Part shown: in pieces, positions 28,546 through 38,809 of the stretch
Layout: each line of letters opens with the position of its first letter
Numbering within the stretch: the first letter of the stretch is position 1
NCBI GenBank assembly: GCA_903862845.1
Contig: CAIOZS010000112.1
Location: forward strand, 1-62,220
Direction: 5' to 3'
DNA length: 62,220 nucleotides
Origin: an uncultured Thermoleophilia bacterium
GTDB taxonomy: Bacteria; Actinomycetota; Thermoleophilia; UBA2241
Notes under the pieces: generated by a model
Database searches by the model: none
Told to the model about the DNA's origin: nothing
What the model saw: the letters and a program-made list of their open reading frames with translations, nothing else
Position numbers and translations under genes: made by a program

Positions 28546-29868
28546 TCAGGAACGTCCGAGATTGGCCAGATGCGTGCTCAGCCTCGGCCCGCCTTTCGGC
28601 AACCCCATCTTGCGGCGCACGTTGGCGCGGTGGAACGACACCGCCGAGCGCGAGATGTGGAGAGTCTCGGCGATCTCATCGGTGGTCTTGCCGAGGCGCA
28701 CGAAGTTGGCCACCGCGGCCTCACGCCGGGTGAGCGGCTGGCGCGTGCCTTCGGCGCGCACCAGCCGCTCACCGAACGGCCCGACAATCTCGCGCAGGTT
28801 CACGCGCAGGGCCTCGACCTCCATGCGTTCGGGGCGATGCGTGAGCATGTGACTGAGGCGGTCGAGCGTGGGCTCGATGAGCTGCTCCACATTGCGCACG
28901 ATGCGCTGCTCCAGCTCGGCGCGGTCTTGCTCGCGCTGTTCGAGAAGGACGCGCAGCGCCGCGTTGCGCTCGTCGAGGATCGTCGCCTGACGGCGCAGGG
29001 CACGCTCCGAACGGCCGAGCTCGACCTGCATGGCCTTGCGCTCGCTGATGTCGGTGCCGAGCAGGAAGTAGCCGCGCTCGTCCCCCAGACTGCAGGGGAT
29101 GACCGTGAGGATCAGCGTCTTGACCTTTCCCTTGACGTGGCAGTCGACCTCGAGCTCCGCGGCGCCTTGGCCGTTCTCGAGCTCATCGACGATGACGGCC
29201 ATCACCGCAGGGGGGAAATCGTCCGCGACGTTGCCGGCCAGCATCTCGTGCATAGTCTTCTCGAAGAAGGTCAGGGCATCGGTGTCGACGTCCAAGTAAT
29301 TGCCGCGCGCGTCGACCCGCACCGCGGGGCTGGGGATGCGGAACAGCACGCTGCGCAGCTCCTCCGCCTCGCGGACGGCGCGCAGCGCGTCACGCTCCGC
29401 GGTGACGTCTCTCATCGCGCCGATCATGTTGGACGGCTGTCCGGCCGCGTCGAGCTGGACGACGCCCTGATCGCTGACCGTGATCCACGTGCCGTCGTCG
29501 TGGCGCAGCCGGTATTCGGTGTGATACGTGCGTGCGTGGGTCACGCTCCCCCACAGCGCCGCCGTGGCCGCATCGAGATCGTCAGCATGGATGCGGGCCA
29601 GCCACCCTTCAAGGCTGCGAGGGAAAGCACCCGGCGGCAGCCCGAGCATCTCGTCCAGCTGCTCGCTGAAGTAGATGGCGCCGGTCTGGATGTTCCAGTC
29701 GTACAGCACGTCGAAGTTGACGCGCAGAAAGGCCTGCAGGCGCGGGTCAAATGCGGTCAGCGGCGGCTGCGGTGCCGTGCCGGCATAACCGGGCGACGGC
29801 AGCGTGACCTCGACGGTCTCGCCTTTGCGACCTTTCCTGAACGTGTATGGGATGCGAATACTAGGCAT
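28546..29868 (-). CDS. PAS-domain LuxR-family transcriptional regulator
   Basis: PAS/PAC (WLARIHADD, EYRLRHDDG, RDVT, TDISERK); C-terminal LTRREAAVANFVRLGKTTDEIAETLHIS. Confidence 0.9.
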   Translation of the reverse strand: MPSIRIPYTFRKGRKGETVEVTLPSPGYAGTAPQPPLTAFDPRLQAFLRVNFDVLYDWNIQTGAIYFSEQLDEMLGLPPGAFPRSLEGWLARIHADDLDAATAALWGSVTHARTYHTEYRLRHDDGTWITVSDQGVVQLDAAGQPSNMIGAMRDVTAERDALRAVREAEELRSVLFRIPSPAVRVDARGNYLDVDTDALTFFEKTMHEMLAGNVADDFPPAVMAVIVDELENGQGAAELEVDCHVKGKVKTLILTVIPCSLGDERGYFLLGTDISERKAMQVELGRSERALRRQATILDERNAALRVLLEQREQDRAELEQRIVRNVEQLIEPTLDRLSHMLTHRPERMEVEALRVNLREIVGPFGERLVRAEGTRQPLTRREAAVANFVRLGKTTDEIAETLHISRSAVSFHRANVRRKMGLPKGGPRLSTHLANLGRS

Positions 29869-30033
29869 TACCTATCACTATGCTGTTAGAAGATTGGCCT
29901 TGCTCGCCGAGAGTATCGCGGTAGAGTGCGGGCACGTCAATGCCGGCATGGCTCGAGCAAGGGGGTCCGACAGGTCAAGCAGCGTGGTCTCCAGTCGATC
30001 GACCGGCGCACCCGCGCCGGGGTCATCAGGGGG

Positions 30034-31662
30034 ATGGATTTGGCTGAGTCACAACACCACGGCATGTTCCACAGTGAGCAGGACGAGCAACACAAGAAGG
30101 ATCAGGAGCTCCTCGCCAAGTTCGGCTACAAGCAGGAGCTCGACCGCTCGCTCGGCTTCCTCTCCACGTTCGCCATCGCCTTCGGCTTCGTGTCGGCGAC
30201 GAACGGTTTCTTCGCACTCTTCTACTACGGCCTCGACACCGGCGGCCCGGCCGGCGTCTTCTGGAGCTGGCCCATCGTCGTGTTCGGCCAGCTCATGGTG
30301 GCCCTCGTGTTCGCCGAGGCGGCGTCGCACTTCCCGCTTGCCGGCGGCGTGATGCAGTGGGCCAAGCACCTCTCGAACAGCACCTGGGGCTGGTTCACGG
30401 CCTGGATGTTCCTCTTCGCTCTGCTGGTCACGGTGGCCGGTGTGGCGTTCGGCGCCGCGCCCATCACCTGCGGCCTGTTCGGCTGGGAGGCCACGCGCTG
30501 GACGCTCTTCCTCATCGCCCTGTTCTTCACGGTGGTGCCGATGGTGCTCAACATCTGGGGTGTCAAGATCATGGCGTTCGTCAACAACATCGGGACGATC
30601 ACCGAGCTCATCGGCATGACGGGCCTCGGCGTGATCCTGCTGGGCGTCGTGATCTTCACGAGTCACCCGCACCAGACGCTCGGCGTGCTGTTCGACACGG
30701 CCGGCACCAACGCCGGCGGCTACGCCGGTCCGTTCCTCGCGGCCATGCTCACAGCGGCCTGGGTACTGTACGGCTTCGACACGGCCGGGAGCCTCGCCGA
30801 AGAGACCGTCAACCCGTCCAAGGAAGTGCCGCGCGCCATCATCGCCGGCGTGGTCGTCACGGCCATCGTGAGCACCGTGTGGCTCGTTGGCACCCTGCTT
30901 GCCATTCCGGACATGAAGGAAGCCATCACTCAAGGCTACAACGTCCTGCCCTGGCTCCTGCGCTTCCACTTCGCCGGTTGGCTCGCCGACCTCTTCCTGG
31001 TCATCGTGCTGATCGCCATCTTCGTCTGCAGCCTGTCCATCCAGGCCGCCACGGCGCGGCTGCTCTTCGCCATGAGCCGCGACAGGATGCTGCCCGACAA
31101 GGAATTCTTCGGCAAGGTCAACACGTCCACCAAGACGCCTGTCCGCTCCGCCGTCTTCGTGGCGATCTTCTGCGTCGCTGTGCTGCTCTATCAGGACCAG
31201 GTCGCGCGCGTGATCGCGTGGGCCACGGTCGGCGTCTACATCGTCTACCAGATGGTCGTGTGGGCCTCGATGTACGCGCGCTCAAAGGGCTGGCCCAAGG
31301 AGAAGGCCCATTTCAACCTGGGCATGTGGGGCTGGCCGGTGAGCATCATCGCGTTGGTCTACGGCGTGTTCATGATCGTCAACCTCTCGTGGCCGCGCAG
31401 TCCCAGTCTTCCCTGGTACGACAACTGGCTGGTGTCCTTCTCACTGCTCGTGATCCTCGTCATCGGCATCGTGGTCTTCTACGCCTTCAAGGCTGCTGGC
31501 AGAGACCTCGCCGGCGGCATCCACGATATCGAGACTGTGCGTGAAGAAGACGGCGAGCTCAAGATCGAGCGCGTCGGTGGCGTCATGGGCGTGCCCGGCG
31601 GCGTCGATCCCGAGAACCCCTACGTCGTCGAAGACACGCCCGACAGAAAGCCGGAAGGCTGA
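30034..31662 (+). CDS. APC-family amino acid/amine permease (GABA/choline/methylamine permease-like)
   Basis: LAKFGYKQELDRSL, GGPAGVFWSW, YGFDTAGSLAEETVNP, about 12 TMs; start 30034 (ATG) or 30040 (TTG). Confidence 0.9.
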   Translation: MDLAESQHHGMFHSEQDEQHKKDQELLAKFGYKQELDRSLGFLSTFAIAFGFVSATNGFFALFYYGLDTGGPAGVFWSWPIVVFGQLMVALVFAEAASHFPLAGGVMQWAKHLSNSTWGWFTAWMFLFALLVTVAGVAFGAAPITCGLFGWEATRWTLFLIALFFTVVPMVLNIWGVKIMAFVNNIGTITELIGMTGLGVILLGVVIFTSHPHQTLGVLFDTAGTNAGGYAGPFLAAMLTAAWVLYGFDTAGSLAEETVNPSKEVPRAIIAGVVVTAIVSTVWLVGTLLAIPDMKEAITQGYNVLPWLLRFHFAGWLADLFLVIVLIAIFVCSLSIQAATARLLFAMSRDRMLPDKEFFGKVNTSTKTPVRSAVFVAIFCVAVLLYQDQVARVIAWATVGVYIVYQMVVWASMYARSKGWPKEKAHFNLGMWGWPVSIIALVYGVFMIVNLSWPRSPSLPWYDNWLVSFSLLVILVIGIVVFYAFKAAGRDLAGGIHDIETVREEDGELKIERVGGVMGVPGGVDPENPYVVEDTPDRKPEG

Positions 31663-31696
31663 GGCCGGTCGTCACTCCCAGCACTGGAGGCAATGA

Positions 31697-32044
31697 ATGG
31701 AGTTGCATCTCGTCCCTGCCGCGGAGATCGCGATCGAGCCCCTCGACGTCGGCCCCGACAGCAAACTGCATCTGGTCGACGTGATCGACCGCACGCAGGG
31801 CGCGCCGTTCTGCGCCGGGGTCTGCGAGGTGTTTCCCGGCGCCCCCGTCGATTTCGACTACGACGACGCCGCCGCGGTGTGCTACATGCTCGAGGGAGAG
31901 ATCAAGCTGAGCGAGAACGGCGAGTCGCGCCCGTTCCTGCCCGGTGACGTCGTGTACATCCCGCAGCAGAAGGGCTTGCTCGTGTACTGGAGCACCGACT
32001 CCTACGGCAAGTTCTTCTACGTGACCTACCCGCACTGGCGGTAG
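31697..32044 (+). CDS. Cupin protein, EutQ-like
   Basis: RBS GGAGG; YMLEGEI...PGDVVYIP...FFYVTYPHW. Confidence 0.8.
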   Translation: MELHLVPAAEIAIEPLDVGPDSKLHLVDVIDRTQGAPFCAGVCEVFPGAPVDFDYDDAAAVCYMLEGEIKLSENGESRPFLPGDVVYIPQQKGLLVYWSTDSYGKFFYVTYPHWR

Positions 32045-32142
32045 CTTCAGGCGGTGGGCGGGGGCGGTGGCCGCAAGGCCGCCGCCCCCGTTTGCGCGCG
32101 GGAACACTCCGGGCACAGAGAGCGAGCGCGGGTGGTCACAAG

Positions 32143-32886
32143 ATGGACGAAGAGCCACGACAGACGGACGAGGAGCTCGGCGAGCAGACCGGCGGTGCAG
32201 ACGCGCCCGGAGCCGGCCCGCACGCGCCGCTGCACGAAACGCGGCACAGCCGCCGCCGGTTTCTTCTCATCGGCGGCGCGCTCGTGGCCGGTTTCGTTGG
32301 CGTCCTCGCGCTTTTCCGCCGCCTGGGCGCCTCGGGCGGCGACGTCACCGGAGGCGCCGCCCAGTCCGTGGAGAACATGTTCAGCTCGTTCCCCGTCAAC
32401 TCCGTGGAGCACGTCCCCGACAAGACGTGGAGCGACTGGACGCTCAAGGTGGACGGCCTCGTGGACAAGCCGCTCGTTCTCGGCGCGGTGGCTTGGCAAG
32501 CGCTGCCGCGCTTCGACGAGACCGCGGACTTCCATTGCGTCGAAGGCTGGAGCGTCGGCGACGTGCAGTGGGGCGGCGTGACGCCCGCCACGCTCCTGCA
32601 GCAGGCGCAGGCACGCCCCGACGGCGCCTACCTGGTCTTCCACGCCTACACCGGAGAGTACGTCGACAGTCTGCCGATCGACGTGGCGGTGGACCCGCAG
32701 ACCGTCCTCGCCGACACCATGGACGGCGCGCCGCTGCCGGCGACGCACGGCGGGCCGCTACGCCTCGTCGTACCCAGGCAGCTCGGCTACAAGAGCGTGA
32801 AGTGGGTGACGCGCATCGAGGTCACCGACAAGCCGGTGCAGGGGTTCTGGGAGCGGCGCGGATACCCGAGCGATGCCCCGGTCTAG
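32143..32886 (+). CDS. Molybdopterin-dependent oxidoreductase (sulfite oxidase/MsrP-like), Tat-like signal
   Basis: SRRRFL twin-Arg; FHCVEGWS, HGGPLRLVVP, GYKSVKW, GFWERRGY. Confidence 0.88.
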   Translation: MDEEPRQTDEELGEQTGGADAPGAGPHAPLHETRHSRRRFLLIGGALVAGFVGVLALFRRLGASGGDVTGGAAQSVENMFSSFPVNSVEHVPDKTWSDWTLKVDGLVDKPLVLGAVAWQALPRFDETADFHCVEGWSVGDVQWGGVTPATLLQQAQARPDGAYLVFHAYTGEYVDSLPIDVAVDPQTVLADTMDGAPLPATHGGPLRLVVPRQLGYKSVKWVTRIEVTDKPVQGFWERRGYPSDAPV

Positions 32887-32922
32887 AAACCCCGGCGCGC
32901 GCTGCGACCGTGGCCGCGCGCC

Positions 32923-33165
32923 TCAGACGACGCCGGTGACCTTGAGGTAGATCACCAGCGCCAGGATGGCGAGCAGCACGACGAGCGTGACGATGCGCTG
33001 GGTGCTCCAGCGGGCGCCTTTCTCGCGGGGCGCCTTCCAGCTGGGCTCATTCTCGTGGTCGTGAAGCTGCGCCGCGGAGAGGTTCATGCGGATGGATTGC
33101 TGGGCGCCCAGCGTGCCGCGATTCAGCTCTTCGCCGCTGACGTCCTTGCGACCTGTCTCCTCCAT
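32923..33165 (-). CDS. Small membrane protein
   Basis: ATG overlaps the upstream TGA; RBS GGAGGAGG; C-terminal TM. Confidence 0.65.
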   Translation of the reverse strand: MEETGRKDVSGEELNRGTLGAQQSIRMNLSAAQLHDHENEPSWKAPREKGARWSTQRIVTLVVLLAILALVIYLKVTGVV

Positions 33166-34451
33166 CACGGTCCCTCCTCCACTGGCAGTCGCTCGTCGCA
33201 CCACACTACACCCGGGAACGGGCGTAGGCAGTGCGGGTGCCAGTTGGCCTGGCAGTAGGCGCCGACGCCCAGGAGGGCCACGATGTCGCCCTCTTCGAGG
33301 GGCGGCAGAGGGTAGTCCTCGGCGAAGATGTCAGGGCCTTCGTTGATGTGGCTGGTCAGCGTGAAAGTGGACGTGCGCGGAGCGTCGGCGGCGCGGCACA
33401 GCACCGTCTCGACGAGCTCCCTGTAGATGAAGGCCAGGTGCATCACGTTCCATCCGCAGGTGAGGCCGGCGAAGACGGCGCTGCCGTCGCCGGCCCTGCT
33501 TCTGTCTTCCACCGTGACCACCTCGGCGAGCAGCACCGCGGCGTTCTTGCAGAACATCTCGCCGGGCTCGCAGGCGATGGTCACGCCGAGGGGACCGAGG
33601 TGCTCGGCGAGGATGCCGGCGTAGGCGTCCAGGTCGAGCGGCCGCTGGCCCTGCCGCATGACAGCGGCGAGGCCGCCGCCGGCGTTGACCTCGCGCAGCG
33701 GGCAGCCGGCGTCGATAGCGCGCCGCGCCATGGCTGCCGCGGCCGCGGCGGCGCGCTCAAACGCCGGCAGGTCGTCGTCCAGAAGGTGATGGCTGACGTG
33801 AAAGTGGATCGTGTCGATCGTCAGATCGTAGGAGCGGGCCACGGCGATGGCCTCGTCGAGGCGCTCGGGGTAGATGCCGAACTTGGTCGGCGCGTCGCCG
33901 CTGTAGTAGCTGATGCCGCTCTCGGGGCGGGCGGCGCTGACGCGGGGGTTGATGCGCATGCCTATCGTGCCCCCGCGATTCCTCCGTCCGTAGCGGTGGA
34001 TCTGGCTGATGAGGTCGAGGTTCACGTGCACGCCGTGCTCGAGGATCACGTCGAGGTCGCGGTCGCTCACGTTGGTGCCCGTGTAGCTGATCACGGCGGC
34101 TGGGAAGCCGTGAACGAGGCCGTGCTCGACCTCGCCCGGCGAGCAGACGTCAAGGCCGACGAAGTGCGGAGTGCCGGGCGCGCCGAGTGCGCGGACGCGC
34201 GCCAGAACCTCGGGCTCGCGCTGGCTCTTGAGCGCCCAGCGGACCTTCCACGGCAGACCGGTGCGCGCCATCGCCCCTTGCAGGGCGCGCACGTTCTCCT
34301 CAATGTGCGTGATGTCGTAGATGAAGAGCGGCGTGCCGTGCTCACGGCCGAGCGTCTCGGCGTCGCGGCCGGCGACGAGCAGGCGGCCGCCCCGGGCCAC
34401 GAGGCCCGGCCGCTGCCACCAGTCGCGCGGGTGGTCGTCACGCGTGGTCAT
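33165..34451 (-). CDS. PLP-dependent group IV decarboxylase, LysA-like (paralog 1)
   Basis: [13 protein letters not shown] (PLP Lys), CSPGE, TKFGI, HFH, NAGGG, EPGE, GAY. Confidence 0.85.
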   Translation of the reverse strand: MTTRDDHPRDWWQRPGLVARGGRLLVAGRDAETLGREHGTPLFIYDITHIEENVRALQGAMARTGLPWKVRWALKSQREPEVLARVRALGAPGTPHFVGLDVCSPGEVEHGLVHGFPAAVISYTGTNVSDRDLDVILEHGVHVNLDLISQIHRYGRRNRGGTIGMRINPRVSAARPESGISYYSGDAPTKFGIYPERLDEAIAVARSYDLTIDTIHFHVSHHLLDDDLPAFERAAAAAAAMARRAIDAGCPLREVNAGGGLAAVMRQGQRPLDLDAYAGILAEHLGPLGVTIACEPGEMFCKNAAVLLAEVVTVEDRSRAGDGSAVFAGLTCGWNVMHLAFIYRELVETVLCRAADAPRTSTFTLTSHINEGPDIFAEDYPLPPLEEGDIVALLGVGAYCQANWHPHCLRPFPGVVWCDERLPVEEGP

Positions 34452-34644
34452 TTCGCCTCGCTTCGTCTCGCCCCCTCTTGCACGCTGTCACAGAGTGTCT
34501 CGCGGCGGCGGCTCTTCGCGCAAGGCCGGACCGCGCTGCGGGTTTGACGACGGCACCCCAGCGGGCAGAATCGCCCGCGACGGCGTCGCCGTGCAAGCGA
34601 CGCCCTTCACTGTGCCCACGGTTCCGCAAGCGAGGAGGCCGACC

Positions 34645-34806
34645 ATGAAGTACGTGTGCAGCGTCTGCGACTACGTCTACGACCCCGAGATCGGCGACCC
34701 GGACAACGGCGTCGAGCCGGGCACCGCGTTCGAGGATCTGCCTGACGACTGGGTCTGCCCGGAGTGCGGCGTCGACAAAGACGAGTTCGCGCCGATGGAA
34801 GACTGA
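34645..34806 (+). CDS. Rubredoxin
   Basis: RBS GAGGAGG; [14 protein letters not shown]...[11 protein letters not shown], 53 aa. Confidence 0.97.
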   Translation: MKYVCSVCDYVYDPEIGDPDNGVEPGTAFEDLPDDWVCPECGVDKDEFAPMED

Positions 34807-34833
34807 GAACCGCGCCGCGGACCGCAGAGTGAT

Positions 34834-34876
34834 GCCGCAGGGGCGGGGCGCTCGCAGGGCGTCCCGCCCCTGCGGC
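34834..34876. terminator. GC-rich hairpin between convergent genes
   Basis: gccgcaggggcggg ... cccgcccctgcggc inverted repeat. Confidence 0.7.
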
Positions 34877-34878
34877 GC

Positions 34879-36177
34879 TCAGGGGCTCGGCGACGGCGAA
34901 GCCGGCACGCCCGCGCCCCGGGGCTTCAGCCCCTCCGCGAACGCGATCAGCTCCTGACGCGTGAGGGCGCCGGTGACGTAGACGATGTGTCGCGCGTCGC
35001 CCGTGAGCAGCGTCGGCCCGCTGTTCTCATACCACGTGTACGCGGTCGCGCCGGTGAGCGCACCGTACTGCAGCGTCGTCGCCTCATACGACAGCTTGCC
35101 GGCGGCGATCGATGGGAGCGTGTCGCGCAGAAACGCGGCCGAGCTGCCCGCCGCCTGCGGCCCCAGTTGCTGCACCGCGAACCAGCTCAGTCCGCGCGTG
35201 TAGAGCTGTGCCACTTGGCGCTGCCCGGCGGGCAGGTCCACCGGCGTGCTTTGCCCGTTGACCAGCCAGGCGCCCGGTGCCCCCTTGGTGTCCGCGGTCG
35301 CGACGGCCCTGAGAGTGAAGCCGTCCGGCGCGAGATCCGACGCAAGCGGTGCATAGCCGGCCGCGCGGCCGGCCGCGTTCAGGGACGGCGCGTATGCGTA
35401 GGTCGTGTCGCGTCGCGTCGCGATCACATCTCGAGATCCGGCAGATCCCAGCGAGGCGCCGGCGCCGCCGAGCTGGTCGCGCGACGGCGAAACTCCCCAG
35501 GCGGGGGTGGCGCTGAAGGTGTCGGTTCGCGAACCGCTGGTCTGCGAGTACCAGACGACGAGGCCCGTCTTCTGGTCGACGACCAGCTCGACGGTCGATC
35601 CGTCCAGTCGCATCGCGGCGCGCCACACTGTGCGGTCGCCATCCTTCAGCGGCTTGATGCCCACGGTGCGGTCCTTGTCTTCGACCGCCGAGCGTACAAC
35701 GGCGGCGAGGCCCTGATAGTCGAGCGGGCTGAGAGTGCCGACTCTCCACACCGGCGGCCAGGCATCCAATGTCCTTCGCGCCTGCGTCCCGGAGGCGCGG
35801 ATCCAGGTGCTCAGCTCTGCGCGCGAGCTCGCCTCATAGGACGAGCGCAGCTGCGCGAAGTCGCCGGCCTGCGTCGCCGGACCGGGCCGCAGCGTCCCCC
35901 CCGCGTCGCCGGAAGCCAGCGCGACGAACGAGCCGGAGAGCGTGGATGCAGGATGCGGCGTCGCTCCCGGCGCAGGAGTCGCACGGTCGCGCACGAGGAC
36001 GTACGTGCCCTGGATGCTCGCGACGTCTGGCGTGGGGATGGGCGGCGGCGTGCGCAGGAGGAATACGTAGGCGAGGGCGAAGACGATGCCGAGGGCCATC
36101 GCCGTAGCCGCGAAGCGCGGCGGGCGGCGGCTCACCCGCGCCGCGCGCAGCTCGCGGCTCGTGCGTTCCTGCTGCAT
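34879..36177 (-). CDS. Hypothetical membrane-anchored exported protein
   Basis: N-terminal TM (AMALGIVFALAYVFLL), Pro-rich linker, C-terminal SPSPSP; start approximate. Confidence 0.7.
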   Translation of the reverse strand: MQQERTSRELRAARVSRRPPRFAATAMALGIVFALAYVFLLRTPPPIPTPDVASIQGTYVLVRDRATPAPGATPHPASTLSGSFVALASGDAGGTLRPGPATQAGDFAQLRSSYEASSRAELSTWIRASGTQARRTLDAWPPVWRVGTLSPLDYQGLAAVVRSAVEDKDRTVGIKPLKDGDRTVWRAAMRLDGSTVELVVDQKTGLVVWYSQTSGSRTDTFSATPAWGVSPSRDQLGGAGASLGSAGSRDVIATRRDTTYAYAPSLNAAGRAAGYAPLASDLAPDGFTLRAVATADTKGAPGAWLVNGQSTPVDLPAGQRQVAQLYTRGLSWFAVQQLGPQAAGSSAAFLRDTLPSIAAGKLSYEATTLQYGALTGATAYTWYENSGPTLLTGDARHIVYVTGALTRQELIAFAEGLKPRGAGVPASPSPSP

Positions 36178-36208
36178 CTTCAGGCTCGGCGGCGCGTCCC
36201 CGCGCCGC

Positions 36209-36352
36209 CTATGACCCTCCGCTCCGCCGGCCGCCCCAGGCGAAGAACAGCGGCAGAAAGAGGAGCGCAAAGCCGAAACGGCGCGAGATGAAGAGCGTCA
36301 GCGCCGCGATCAGCAGGCTGAGGCCAATGAGCATGAGGGTGCGTTGACTCAC
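36209..36352 (-). CDS. 47-aa membrane peptide (absent from ORF track)
   Basis: Manual translation MSQRTLMLIGLSLLIAALTLFISRRFGFALLFLPLFFAWGGRRSGGS. Confidence 0.6.
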   Translation of the reverse strand: MSQRTLMLIGLSLLIAALTLFISRRFGFALLFLPLFFAWGGRRSGGS

Positions 36353-36474
36353 GCGGCAAGCGTGACGGCCCGAGGGCGGCGGCGCAAGCCGCCGCCCGAG
36401 GGCTGGCAGGCGGACGTTCGCCTGTGATTACCTTGGCGGGCACCATCGACCCCCACCACCGGAGGAGGCAGGGC

Positions 36475-37944
36475 GTGAAACGCAATCTGTTCGCCGGCCG
36501 CAGGCGCAGCGGCGGCATCGGCCTCGACGTGTTCACCGACGACGAGATCCAGGACGTCCATCTCGCGACCCTCGAAGTGCTGGAGCGCACCGGGGTGTGG
36601 GTGGAGATCGACGAGGCGCTCGACATCTTCAGTGACGGGGGGTGCGTAGTCGACCGCGAGTCGCACACCGTGAGGATCCCGCCGCACCTCGTGGAGGACG
36701 CCATCCGCAGCGCGCCCGCCAGCATCACGCTGTGCGGCCGCGACCCGGCCAACGACATTGTCATCGGCGCCGGCCGCGTCGGCTTCAGCAACTTCGGCGA
36801 GGGCGTCATGGTCGTCGACCCGTACAGCGGTGAGCTGCGATCGTCCACCAAGCAGGACCTCAGCGACATCGCCAAGCTCGTCGACGCGCTGCCCGAGGTG
36901 GACGTCTTCGAGATCGCCGTCGGCGCCGGCGACATGCCGCCGGCGACGGCTTCGATCCACAACCACGAGGCGGCCATCGCCGGGCAGACCAAGCCGATCT
37001 CCGGCGGGCCGCTCGACGGCCGCGCCGTGCGCATCAGCCTGGCCATGCTCGAGGCCGTGCAGGGCAGCGCCGACGCCGTGCGCGAGCGGCCGATGATGAT
37101 CATGGGCACTTGCCCCGTGAGCCCGCTGAAGCTGGTGAGCGATTGCTGCGAGATCGTCATCGAGGCGGCGCGCGCCGGGGTGCCGAGCTGCGTGCTCAGC
37201 ATGGCCATGGCGGGCGCTTCCGGCCCCGTCACGCTCGCCGGGACGCTGGTCACCCACAACGCCGAGGTGCTCGCCGGCATCGTGCTGGCGCAGCTCACGG
37301 AGCGCGGCGCCAAGGTGCTCTACGGCTCGTCGACGACCGCCATGGACCTGCGGCTGGCGGCGGCCTCCGTCGGCTCGCCGGAGTGCGCCCTGATCAGCGC
37401 CGGCGTGGCCCAGCTCGCCAGGCAGTACCGCCTGCCGAGCTACATCGCCGGTGCGTAGGGCGACAGCAAGCTCAGTGACGTGCAGACCGGTCACGAGAAA
37501 ACCCTCACGGCCTTGATGGCAGCGTTGGCAGGGACCAACCTGATCTACGGCCTGGGAATGATCGAGTCGGGCGTCACCTTCGACTACGCGCAGCTTGTGA
37601 TCGACGACGAGATCGCGCGCATGGTCAAGCAGGTCGTCGGCGGCATCCGCGTGAGCGACGAACGCCTCGCGGTCGACGACATCGCGAGAGTCGGCGCGTT
37701 CGGCGACTTCCTAAGCCTGGATGCGACCATGGCGCACATGCGCGAGCAGTCGCAGCCGAAGCTCATCGACCGCCGCGTGCGCGAGGACTGGGAGGAACGT
37801 GGCGGCACCGACATGTATCAGCGCGCCCAGGTCCGGGCCCGCGAGATTCTCGAGACCCACGTGCCCGAGCCGCTGCCCGACGACGTGCGGCAGCGGGTCC
37901 GCAAGATCGTGGGCGACGCCGATCGCGAACTGGCCGGCGCCTGA
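36475..37944 (+). CDS. mttB: Trimethylamine:corrinoid methyltransferase, pyrrolysine-containing (in-frame TAG 37456-37458, codon 328 of 489)
   Basis: RBS GGAGGAGG before GTG 36475; CPVSPL, LSMAMAGASGPVTLAGTLVTHNAEVL, YGSSTT, VGSPE; ...YRLPSYIAGA-TAG-GDSKLSDVQTGHEKT... stays in frame and matches the Pyl site of methanogen MttB (LPSYVAGS-O-SDAK...GHEKT). Confidence 0.95.
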
Positions 37945-37946
37945 CG

Positions 37947-38618
37947 TCAGTCGAGCAGCCAGTCCTTACCGGTCGCGAGGTGCGTGCGCAACGCGTAGCC
38001 GCCGCTGGCAGTGACCGAATAGCCGAAGTCGCCCGTCGCCTCGCTCTGCGTCACGGCGGCGTGCGTCCAGGGGTTCTGTGGCCAGACCGGCACGCCGGGC
38101 TGCACGCCCACGGGCCCGCCGCTCGCTACGTCGGCCGCGGCCGGGGCGACCCCGGCGTGCGTGCGTGCCCACATCTCCACGTACTGTTGCAGCAGGGCCA
38201 GCCCCGCCTTGGTAGATGCGTCGCGCTCGTCCCTGAGCCAGCCGGGGACTCCGCCGCTGACCTTGTACGAGCCCTTGGAGAGGTGGCCGACCAGAGTGTA
38301 GCCGCTCAGGTCGGCTTTCACTTTGTACGTGTAGGTGCCCCTCGAGGTGCCGGGCGCCATTGTTCCGCCGGTCCAGGGGTTGCCCGGCCAGACCGGCGCG
38401 ACCAGAGCGCCGCCCTTCACCACGTCGCTGCGCGCCGGGAACACGAAGCCGTTGCTCTGGGCCTGGGTGTTGATGTAGCCCTGCAGGAGCAGGATATTCA
38501 TCTGCACCTGTTTGTCGACGAAGCTCACGGCCGCGCTTGCGGCGGCCGGCAGCGTAGCGGTGGCAGCCAGGACGGCGACGAGCACGACGAGGAGGATGCT
38601 GAAGCGGCGCGTTCTCAT
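37947..38618 (-). CDS. Secreted protein with two pseudopilin (GspG)-like WPxNPWT domains
   Basis: RBS GGAGG, Sec signal peptide ending ...AAASA; internal repeat VWPGNPWTG / VWPQNPWTH. Confidence 0.75.
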   Translation of the reverse strand: MRTRRFSILLVVLVAVLAATATLPAAASAAVSFVDKQVQMNILLLQGYINTQAQSNGFVFPARSDVVKGGALVAPVWPGNPWTGGTMAPGTSRGTYTYKVKADLSGYTLVGHLSKGSYKVSGGVPGWLRDERDASTKAGLALLQQYVEMWARTHAGVAPAAADVASGGPVGVQPGVPVWPQNPWTHAAVTQSEATGDFGYSVTASGGYALRTHLATGKDWLLD

Positions 38619-38809
38619 GGGTGCCTCCAGGGGGGACGGCAGAGTGTCGCCCAAGTCTGGCCGGGGCGCCGAGACCGGTCAAGCGCACTTCGCGGCACGG
38701 GCACCCAGCCGCCGCGTGCCGGGGCGGAGCCGCGGCGCCTGATACGATGCCTCCATTGGCGCCGCGGGCTCGCGGCCGGCGCGCCAGCGACGCGAACGAG
38801 GTGATGCCG

